The position numbers and the translations under genes were made by a program. The notes under the pieces are model-generated. The model ran no database searches and was not told the DNA's origin. It was given only the letters and a program-made list of their open reading frames with translations. A stretch of 64,000 nt of DNA from Ascidiella aspersa (taxonomy: Eukaryota). The stretch covers positions 11,284,001 through 11,348,000 of the forward strand of contig OZ004612.1 of the NCBI GenBank assembly GCA_963924565.1. Reading direction: 5' to 3'. Position 1 is the stretch's first letter. Every line of letters begins with the position of its first letter. Shown piece by piece: positions 53,926 through 64,000 of the stretch.

Positions 53926-54283
53926 CAGTGCTACCAACTGTTTCACACGTGAGGCGCATCAACCGAGCTTAAACGTTCGGCGGGACACCTATTAAATGTG
54001 TGTCGATCGACAATAGACAACATCAATAAATATCCCAGGCAGTCGAGAGAAAAAAGAGAGATTCAATAAAACCCACCAAAGCCGCCAAAGTTTTTACGCA
54101 TTACATTCCTTTATTTCCTGATTTTGGGATTTTGCATAAGGTCAAAGTGATGATACATAAATTTTCCGCGTTAATTCGACTGATTATTGAAAAGTACACT
54201 TAAAACGCAAGTAGCACCCCTCGGGGAACATCCCGGCACACTTGCGAGGCATGGTCTCGCGGCAGACCGGTTGCGGAGTACTG
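53926..54283. mobile_element. hAT MITE, 358 bp
   Basis: TIRs CAGTGCTACCAAC / GTTGCGGAGTACTG; TSD TTTTAAAT/GTTTAAAT (7/8 match). Confidence 0.7.
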
Positions 54284-55310
54284 GTTTAAATTAACATCTT
54301 CTTGTCTTCGACATTTGAAACACATTGATGTTTATACTTTGAAATGACCAGATAAACAACACCATTTGATAAAATAAAAAAAGGATACTTTGCAAAGGCG
54401 ATTTTTCCGAAAAGTATAGGTGCTGTACTTTTTAACATATTTGTAACAGTTTTTGTCGTTTCTTTATAAGGCGTTCAATGTCGTACTTTTTTAAATTTGC
54501 ACTTCACGATACAGATTTTGCTATGTTATTCTTGTAAAGTTTCATGCTTCTTCAAAAGAACGCAGATTTTCGTTGCGTGTGAGCGAGTTCATATTGTGCT
54601 ATCCAATTATGTGTTTTGAACTGCAATCCATGCTGTATAATAGGTTACGAATACATCTCCAAGTATACTCGTTATTTTTATTTCCAGCAGGTCATAAGGT
54701 CTTATATATTTATAACCTTTTAACAGGATCTTTATGATTTTAATTTGTGCAACCCTAAGCTAATACAAAATATTCCTCAATACATTTAGTGCAGTTTTGT
54801 TTGAATCTTTGATAAACATGATATATCTTTATGAGAACCCTATTTTATTTCCTGGTTGAAGACAAGCATGAAACGTAAAACAATTAGATTTAGCAATTTG
54901 GTTTAGTAAATCACTTGTCTGTCGACAGAGGTTGTTTGCAGTTTGTAAATCAGTCATACTGTTAGTCAGAGAATAGCATACACAAATATGTCGTTGTTTT
55001 CCAAAATATAAAAAATTGTTTTTTATTTTTCACGGGAAACATGTTTTTCTCCTGTTCTCACCAGAGGCTTTGGCAACTATCTCGTTGTTATAGGGAAATA
55101 AATGTTGTTGATTGACGTAAATGTGTGTTTGCAGATTTTAACACGCTGAAGAACCTAAGAGTCAAAACAGCTTTAAGTGGCCCATTTAGAAGAGAATTGA
55201 AGCAATTGGACTGTTTAAAGCGGTAATTACGAGCAATTTTGCTCAGGTGGATGCCACTTTTGACAGAGCATTTTTACCAAAACATGCATTAGTCAAAAAC
55301 ACTTTTCTGG

Positions 55311-55320
55311 TATATAAAGG
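55311..55320 (+). promoter_or_regulatory. TATA box of collectin-like gene 1 (also present in copy 2 at about 58583-58592)
   Basis: TATATAAAGG about 80 bp upstream of the ATG in both copies. Confidence 0.6.
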
Positions 55321-55396
55321 CAAACATATCGCACAACACACAGTGTTCGGATGAATTCACCAGTTTCAAGTAGATTGTAGGCGAATTAAAAGACAA

Positions 55397-57058
55397 ATGA
55401 CAAAGGCAATTGTTTCGACGGGCGTCGTTCTTTTGGCGACGTTTGTTTCCTGCGTATTCTGCGTGGAAGACTACTTCGTTTGCAAGTCAGTGAGTTCTGT
55501 ATTTTTAACTAACTCAACTCGACCCGTTCGAGGTCCCAGGGGTCCTGTCGGAAAATCAGGCCCGATGGGGCCTCAAGGTTTTCGTGGTCCTAAAGGAGAA
55601 ATGGGTACATCGTTCAGCATCGACGTCATCAACAGCAAAATCGACACCGCCATAATTAGTAAGTCGCTGACTTTCCATCAAGCAGAACCAAATGTCAAGG
55701 TTAAGGTAAAACCCTTTTTAGCTTAAACTTTCTCGGTCGGAAAACACAAATTTTTTTAACGTAAACTCGCTGACTACAACATATCGCAAAAAGACAAAGA
55801 AGAGCTTTTATTTTACATTTGCATAAAACTACTTTAATATAAGACCGATAAGATCCTCATTGCTCGCGTACCATGTGCACAGACTTCCCACACCTTGTGT
55901 GGTTGGTGTATCACAGGTTGAAAATCAATGTATGTGTATATAACAACCTGCTATCTATTTCTAACATGTTGCATGTGCAGAGCATCGCATATGCCACGGA
56001 ATACAGCTAGAAAACCAATGCATTCAGCTCGCTTACAACTGCGGGCCGAAGACCAACAGACACGAAGCGGCGGCAATTTGCGAAAGTCGCGGTGGGGAAC
56101 TGGCTCATATTGCATCCAAGGTTATCTACGATCTCGTATCGGCCTATGTTAAACGCTTCTGGATTGGTTTCAATAATGGCGTACAAACATCATACGTGCA
56201 AATCTGGCTGGGCTCTATATACAATGCAACTGTAAGTCGAGTCGGATCATTTGCAGATGGTTTAATTTTGCTGTTTTAAAAGGTTTTTAATTTTTTGTAC
56301 AGACTCAATGCACAATTACAGCCGTAACAAATATTTAACCTGTTCCTTTCCGTTATCTTATACTAGAGTACAATTAATTTTTCGATGTAAGAACTGTTGG
56401 GAAGTCTTACTCATGCAGCTCATTATAACACAAATTGAACAGGCCTCTAACATCGATGAAAAAGGCCCTTTTGCTAACTTTATCAAAATTTTATAGTCAG
56501 GATTGGATAATAACCTAAAAGCCCACAGGGCGATATTTCTTAAAATGTTACCCATCGTCCATTTACAATGGCAGTATTTTCAATCAGATTTGTTTTAGTT
56601 TTTTGTGACTTTACCATGTAAATAATATATATCATAAAAAATCGCTATTATAACAATTTGTTATCCGGCAGGCTATATTACAAAAAACAAACTTTTGCCC
56701 CTTTTTCACCTCTTGACCGGTTTACACGCCACCACTTCCCATGCCCCCCCTCAAAAAAAAATATATATATATATCCGTAATCACACAGTAAAACACCTTG
56801 AAGGGGAGCAAACTTTTTAGCTGATTACAAATGAACTGATATTTTAAACCTGCTTGTTTTTTTCAGACCAATTCCGTCCAGGCAGGCGGTGTATCACTTT
56901 CGTTCGTGCAGTGGTACCACAGCTATCCACGCGGTGACCAATACATGGGGATTGAGATTCCTACCGTATCCAGCAGGACTACTAACGGAATGTTTGACAT
57001 CCACGCCGGTCACAAATATCCAGTTCCCTTGTGCAGTTTTCCGTCGCTATTAGTTTAA
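55397..57058 (+). CDS. Secreted collectin-like protein 1 (signal peptide, N-terminal Cys, 9 Gly-X-Y triplets, short neck, C-type lectin-like domain), 234 aa
   Basis: Exons 55397-55658, 55981-56231 and 56867-57058 total 705 nt in frame. Collagen GPRGPVGKSGPMGPQGFRGPKGEMGTS; CTLD signatures CHGIQLENQCIQL, EAAAICESRGGELAHI, IWLG, W..YP, GMF..PLC. Confidence 0.88.
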
Positions 57059-58668
57059 AGAAAGTGCACGCCTAATGGTTTTACACTGATTACCGAATTA
57101 TAGTCTGTAACCTACGCGTATTTGTTTTGCAATATTTGAACTTTAATTGCAATTCCTTTTTTAATTCCAAGCTGATTAATATTGTCCAATGAAAAAGAAT
57201 ACACGAGACGCGTGGTCCCCCAAACCCGAAAACACAGCAAAAACATGCTAATATACATAGGCATTACATTACTGTTTAATACATTGTTTCTGAACCTTCA
57301 GTTTCATTTACACCAACCACAGAATTTTGTATTTTATTCACTCTCAATTGAAACAAAGGAAAGTGTGAATTTGTTTTGCATGTGTGTATTAGTAAAATCG
57401 GAAAGAACATCTAGTCTTGTTAGGGACATGAAAGTATTTACCCTTAATTCAACCTTATTTGTCGATTTAACATTGCAAATATTTCATTTTACCCTGTCGT
57501 GAACTAAACGTTTGGGCCTATCATGCTTAGTAAAGCTATTATGAGAATTGGTCCTTGAACGTTTGTGTGTTGGGTATTTTAATGACATGGAGCAATTTGC
57601 GATTTCTGTGCTATTTGTTGGTTACGGTAAATCCAATTTCATTTATAAGACAGCAATAAAACACACTTAATGTATACAGGTTATTGGGAATATTGGGGCC
57701 GATGTTTAATATTTTAATATTTTAATATTTTCTGGTTGTCATGTTGCGAAGAAGGCAAGTAAGTTGACAGTAACCACTGGAGTTAATGAAAATGGGTTTA
57801 ATGTAAAATGACTTGATGTGTCTGGAAATGGATCTGAATAATTAAAGTTGAAGGTTATTCTTTACAACAGAGTTCTTTGAAAGGCATTGGGCAATAAACG
57901 ATTGCTTTAATTTTTATAAAGGACGCAAACTGCCATTTACATATTCCCTTTTATTCATGTGATAAATAATATTTAAAAGCAACAAGCACCAAATAGCCTT
58001 TGATCATTTTAGGCTTTTTTGTCGATGTAACGTTATTTATCGTAAACGCAAGGTGTTTTTAAATTTTCTATTACCGTTTTACAACTGAATCAGGTAAAGC
58101 AAACCGAATTCCACATTTAGATGCGGCGCACGGAAGGCATTGTACGATTGAAGCGAATGCGAAAAATCTATACATTACACATGTTATACTTCATAGGCTA
58201 TGACGCATGGCTGTATGATTAGCATTAAAGTGGTTTGTTTAACTGTCGAAAATCGATAATGATTTGAGTCACATTTACGGCATTTATGTGTATTTTTTTT
58301 TCGCAGGTAACCAGGTTTTTCTCCTGTTCTCACCAGAGGCTTTGGCAACTATTTCGTTGTTATAGGGAAATAAATGTTGTTGATTGACGTAAATGTGTGT
58401 TTGCAGATTTTAACAAGCTGAAGAACCTAAGAGTCAAAACAGCTTTAAGTGGCCCATTTAGAAGAGAATTGAAGCAATTGGACTGTTTAAAGCTGTAATT
58501 ACGAGCAATTTTGCTCAGGTGGCTGCTTCTGTTGACAGCGCCTTGTTACCGAAACATACATTAGTCAAAAACACTTCTCGGATATATAAAGGCTAAAATA
58601 TCGCACAACACACAGTGTTCGGATGAATTCACCAGTTTCAAGTAGATTGTAGGCGAATTAAAATACAA

Positions 58669-60325
58669 ATGACAAAGGCAATTGTTTCGACGGGCGTCGT
58701 TCTTTTGGCGACGTTTGTTTCCTGCGTATTCTGCGTGGAAGACTACTTCGTTTGTAAGTCAGTGAGTTCTGTATTTGTAACTAACTCAACTCGACCCGTT
58801 CGAGGTCCAAGGGGTCCAGTCGGAAAATCTGGCCCGGTGGGGCCTCAAGGTTTTCGTGGTCCTAAAGGAGAAAGGGGTACATCGTTCAACATCGACGTCA
58901 TCAACAGCAAAATCGACACCGCCATAATTAGTAAGTTGATGACTTTCCATCAAGCCGAACCAAATGTCAAGGTTAAGGTAAAACCTGTTGAGCTTAAACT
59001 TTCTCGATCGGAAAACACAAATTTTTTTAACGTAAACTCGCTGACTACAACATATCGCAAAAAGACAAAGAACAGCTTTTATTTCACATTTGCATAAAAT
59101 TACTTTAATATAAGACCGATAAGATCCTCATTGCTCGCGTACCATGTGCACAGACTTCCCACACCTTGTGTGGTTGGTGTATCACAGGTTGACAATCGAT
59201 GTTTGTGTATATAAAAACCTGCAATCTATTTCTAACGTGTTGCATGTGCAGAGCATCGCCTATGCCACGGAATACAGCTAGAAAACCAATGCATTCAGCT
59301 CGCTTACAACTGCGGGCCGAAGACCAACAGACACGAAGCGGCGGCAATTTGCGAAAGTCGCGGTGGCGAACTGGCTCATATTGCATCCAAGGTTATCTAC
59401 GATCTCGTATCGGCCTATGTTAAACGCTTCTGGATTGGTTTCAATAATGGCGTACAAACATCATACGTGCAAATCTGGCTGGGCTCTATATATAATGCAA
59501 CTGTAAGTCGCGTCGGACCATTTACAGATGGTTTAATTTTGCTGTTTTAAAAGGTTTTTAATTTTTTGTACAGACTCAATGCACAATTACAGCCGTAACA
59601 AATATTTAACCCGTTCCGTTCCGTTATCTTATACTAGAGTACAATTCATTTTTCGATGTAAGTACTGTTTGGAAGTCTTACTCATGCAGCTCATTATAAC
59701 ACAAATTGAACAGGCCTCTAACATCGATGAAAAAGGCCCTTTTGCTAACTTTATCAAAATTTTATAGTCAGGATTGGATAATAACCTGAAAGTCCACAGG
59801 GCGATATTTCTTAAAATGTTACCCAATCGTCCACTTACAATGGCAGTATTTTCAATCAGATTTGTTTTAGTTTTTTGTGACTTTACCATGTAAATAATAT
59901 ATACTAAAAAATCGTTATTATAACAATTTGTTATCCGGCAGGCTATATTACAAAAAACAAACTTTTGCCCCTTTTTTCATCTCTTGGCCAGATTACATGC
60001 CACCACTTCGCACGCTCCCCCCCCCCAAAAAAAAAAAAAATACGTAACCATACTGTAAAACACCTTGCAGTGGAGAAAACTTGTCAGCTTACTACAAAAG
60101 AACTAATATTCTAAACCTGCTTGTTTTTTGCAGACCAATTCCGTCCAGGCAGGCGGTGTATCACCTTCGTTCGTGCAGTGGTTCCCCAACTATCCACGCG
60201 GTCGGCGATACATGGGGATTGAGATTCCTACCGTATCCAGCAGGGCTACTAACGGAATGTTCAACATCCACGCGGGTCACAAACATCCAGTTCCGTTGTG
60301 CAGTTTTCCGTCGCTGTTAATTTGA
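58669..60325 (+). CDS. Secreted collectin-like protein 2 (recent tandem duplicate), 234 aa
   Basis: Exons 58669-58930, 59252-59502 and 60134-60325; same structure, intact splice sites and ORF. I count 15 amino-acid differences from copy 1. Confidence 0.88.
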
Positions 60326-61934
60326 AGAAAGTGCACGCCTAATGGTTTTACACTGATTACCGAATTATAGTCTGTAACCTACGCGTTTTTGTTTTTTCAA
60401 TATTTTTACTTTAATTGCGATTCCTTTTGTTATTTACAAGCTAATTAATATCGGCCAATGAAAAAGAATAGAACACGAGACGCGTGGTCACGAAAACCCT
60501 AAAACACAGCAAAAACGTGCTAATATACATAAGCATTACATTACTGTTTAATACATTGTGTCTCAAACTTTTTCAGTTTTATTTACACCAAGCACAGAAC
60601 TTTGTATTTTATTCTCTATCAATTGAAACAAAGGAAAGTGTGAATTTGTTTTGCATGTATGTATTAGTAAAATCGAAAAGAACATGTAGTCTTGTTAGGG
60701 ACATGTAAGTATTTACTCTTAATTCAACCTTATCTGTCGATTTGACATTGCAAATATTTCATTTTACCCTGTCGTGAACTAAACGTTTAGGCCTATAATG
60801 TTTAGTAAAGCTTTTATGAGAATTGGTCCTTAAACGTTTGTGTGTTGGGTATTTTAATGACATGGAGCAATTTGCGATTTCTGTTCCATTTGTTGGTTAC
60901 GGTAAATCCAATTTCATTTATAAGACAGTAATAAACACACTTAATGTATACAGGATATTGTGAATATTTGGGGCCGATGTTTACTATTTTAATATTTCCT
61001 TGTTGCCATGTTGCGAAGAAGGCAAGTGAGTTGACAATAACCACTGTAGTCAATGTAACAGGGCTTAATGTAAAACGGATTTGGTTTTTAACAAAACGTT
61101 CTCATGCCTGTCAGCGCAATGAATAATGGGTCTAGAAATGGAGCTGACTAATTAAAGTTGAAGGTTATTTTTTACAACAGAGTTCTTTGAATGGCATTAG
61201 GCAATAAATTATTTACGATTGCTTTCATTTACATAATTGACGCAAACTGTAAATTACCTATCCCTTTTATCCACGAGATAAACAATATTTAAAAACAACA
61301 AGCACCAAAAAACCTTTGATTTTTTAGGCTTTTTTGTCAATGTAACGTTATTACATCGTAAACGCAAGGTGTTTTTAAATTTTCCATTACCGTTTTACAA
61401 CTGAATCAGGTAAAGCAAACCGATTTCGATGCGGCGCACGGAAGGAATAGTACGAGTGAAGCGAATGCGAAAAATCTATACATTACACATGTAATACTTC
61501 AAGTAGGCTGTGACGCATGGCTGGATGATTAGCATTAAAGTGGTTTGTTTAGCAGCCGAAAATCGATAATGATTTGAGTCACATTTACGGCATTTATGTG
61601 TAAAAATAGGTGAGTGACCCAACATGAGCAAAGAGAATAACTCATACGGCACACTTGCCAATTTCTTGAAAAACATAAATTACTATTGATAAAATCTAGT
61701 TATTAGCCCAGCTTAACAATTTAAGGGCAGCAAATGCAAATAGGACGAATAGCAATGCCAGCGAGACACGCGTCTCTTTTCGAAAGCGGGCTACTATCTC
61801 GTTTCCTTTCCTTAAATCGCCCATCAGAGTCGCCCCTTTATTCTTATGGGGAAATTCGGAATCAGGAAGATCGACTCCGAGAAAATCGCATAGCGGTTTC
61901 CTATGGGGCGCCGTTTGGAAAAAAACAAATACCC

Positions 61935-62222
61935 TTCTACGGACAACTTTTTTGTCCGATTTAGCTTAAATCGGACAGTCAATTTGTCCGATTTATATTA
62001 AATCAGACAAAATTTAAATCGGACAAATTTTCTGTCCGATTTAATTTAGAGGGACAAATTATATTCCGATTTAAGCTAAATCGGACAAAATTCCTTTCCG
62101 ATTTAAATTTTGTCTGATTTAGCTTAAATCGGAATATAATTTGTCCCTTTAAATTAAATCGGACAGAAAATTTGTCCGATTTAAATTTTGTCTGATTTAG
62201 ATTAAATCGGACAAAATTTCAT
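61935..62222. repeat. Palindromic minisatellite of AAATCGGACAAA / TTTGTCCGATTT units
   Basis: Alternating-orientation units; about 62000-62090 is the reverse complement of about 62105-62200. Confidence 0.85.
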
Positions 62223-62727
62223 TACGATATAACTTTGACGCGAGTTGTTTATAGGGCGTATCAAAATTAATAAAGTTTCTGTTCTGCTTTAAGTTAGAAT
62301 CAGCTGGGTTTTTTTCGGAGCGTGTTCGTTGTTGTTGCTTAGTAGGCCTTCCCCTCAGAATCTTTTAGTATAGGCTTCTATTTAAAATACACTTTTTTTA
62401 AAATGTTTTTTTAAATTGTAGTCCCTAACATTCCTATATGCAGGCTGCAGGGAGTCAAAATGTTTGACTTTGGGTGTACCACTGTTAAATGTAAACAAAA
62501 ACGGATAGTCTATACCGGTAATAACATATATCAAATTATAGAACGCCATGTTAAGTATAGCGCGTAAAAAATAAATATTGAAGGGGGCAAAAATAAATCA
62601 AATACTGCGCATTTTACACGTTTTGATGATAGTCGAAACAACTGTTTTTAATATAGACTACTGAAAGTAAGAATAAGTGGTGGGCCGCACGTAAATATCA
62701 GGCGGGCCGCAGGTTGAACATCCCTGG

Positions 62728-64000
62728 TCTAAACAAAGCTAAAGTATTAGAGGACGAAAATTATTCCTATTTGCGCAAGCCAGATAACATTGAAATATTA
62801 GTTATTTGTTTCGCTTTTTCCGGTTCACTCCCGCCATATTTCATCAATTCGATTTTAATCAGTTAAACAAATTAAGTGTTGTTTGCTTTAAAACGAAGAA
62901 ATATAACTATATGGTTTATATAAAATCAGCATTTAAATTTCAGCTAAGCCTACTTGTGTCGGCCCAACTCAAGCTTAAGCGAGAGAGTCATTTTTACATA
63001 ATCAATCGCGCCTTTCAAGGTAGAATAAACATTTAATAAATTAAATTTCATCGAAGTTCACATTTGTGTCGGTCCAGCTTCAGTTTAAGCGAGAGAGTAT
63101 ATTTTTTCACACTATCTACCGTGTTCAGTTCAAATATAATTACAATCACTCCCTGATATGTTTCAATTACATTATAATTACAATTTAAATAAAAACTGTA
63201 ATTAATGACATCAATTACATTTTTCGGCTTTCAAACTTTTCTCAATATCAATGTATTGAGCCAAAATTTTAGCAAATTGCAATTACAATTAGAATTACGC
63301 AAATTGAAAATGCCTCAATTACATTGCAATTACGATTACACTAAAACCTATGATTAATTATCATTAATTACAATTACAAATTACAATTGATCCAACTCTG
63401 GTGTTCCTTATATATCTTACCTTGTTCTTTGTGCCAACAGCTGCGCACCGTGGTCGGTGGCTCTTATCGTATGTGAAGAAGCTCACAGCTGCGTCCTGAA
63501 GAAGAATCAAGACTACACCTTGGTGCTGGTGCTCCTCCACGCTGTCGTGATCCCCATTCTCTACGGATTCCGGGTGGAGGTGGTCAAGAAGCACGTCATC
63601 GGCTTCTGGAAGAACCTACTTCCGGTGTGCCGTTCTTCCTCGGCGTCTTGCTGCTATAGTGACTCGTCGTGTTTTTGCCGAAACTCTTAGCATTGCCTGA
63701 GAATCAGGATAAAAAAGGCAGTAAGCTCATATGATTAATGGCAGCGATTTTAAACCTTTTTTGTCATGACCTGTTATATAGCGCCGCGTACACGCTCTAA
63801 ACATTTGACACAGTGTTCCCACTGATTTCACCGCCGGACCAGGCCCTAAAAATCATGTAACAACCGCTTACTTAGTGTTAACACTTTTTTATTTAATTTA
63901 TTTCCTTATTGGTGGTTTACTATTAAATAAAAATGATAAGAATACCGTTCTTAATCACTTGGACTATAACTTTACTAACGTTTTCTGATATGAGTCACAA
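62728..64000 (+). repeat. Segmental duplicate of 51560-52858 (GPCR last-intron end, terminal exon and 3' flank); runs off the window
   Basis: Colinear similarity from TCTAAACAAAG to GATATGAGTCACAA. Confidence 0.93.
63441..63690 (+). CDS. Intact duplicate of the GPCR terminal exon (end of TM6, TM7, C-tail); alternative last exon or orphan fragment
   Basis: Same acceptor (ccaacag|C TGC), same 250-nt length, open frame, stop codon preserved. No copies of exons 1-3 lie between 52528 and 63441. Confidence 0.55.

Larger units (their letters stand above)
55020..61602 (+). repeat. Head-to-tail tandem duplication of a ~3.3-kb unit containing the whole collectin-like gene
   Basis: Units about 55020-58292 and 58293-61602. 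Both start near GTTTTTCTCCTGTTCTCACCAGAGG and end at CACATTTACGGCATTTATGTGTA. Confidence 0.92.

Noticed and set aside
55928-56152. ORFs MYVYITT../MFVYIKT.. as separate genes
   Set aside because: Off-frame readings of collectin exon 2.
61935-62222. CRISPR-like array
   Set aside because: Eukaryotic context, short units in alternating orientation, no unique spacers and no cas genes.

Overview
Eukaryotic, AT-rich, intron-containing animal genomic DNA. Gene content and style suggest an invertebrate chordate, probably a tunicate; this is an inference. Most entries in the ORF track are exon fragments or spurious, so genes were rebuilt by hand from splice sites. In order: the last two exons of a PIGN-like gene (+); a degraded CMC/Chapaev3-like transposase; a complete cytoplasmic tryptophanyl-tRNA synthetase WARS1 (-, 10 coding exons, with a Tc1 element in one intron); BRMS1/BRMS1L (-), with a U12-type AT-AC intron followed directly by a GC-AG intron; two tandem AIFM2/FSP1 paralogues (-), only one with an N-myristoylation signal; about 15 kb of repeat-rich intergenic DNA with a dispersed tRNA-like repeat; a 4-exon melanocortin/cannabinoid-like class A GPCR (+); two recently duplicated collectin-like genes (+) whose differences cluster in the lectin loop; and an intact second copy of the GPCR terminal exon at the window end. 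Several hAT MITEs have clear 8-bp target-site duplications. There is no prokaryotic system or CRISPR array. The best leads are the FSP1 pair, the collectin pair, the duplicated GPCR last exon and the minor intron.
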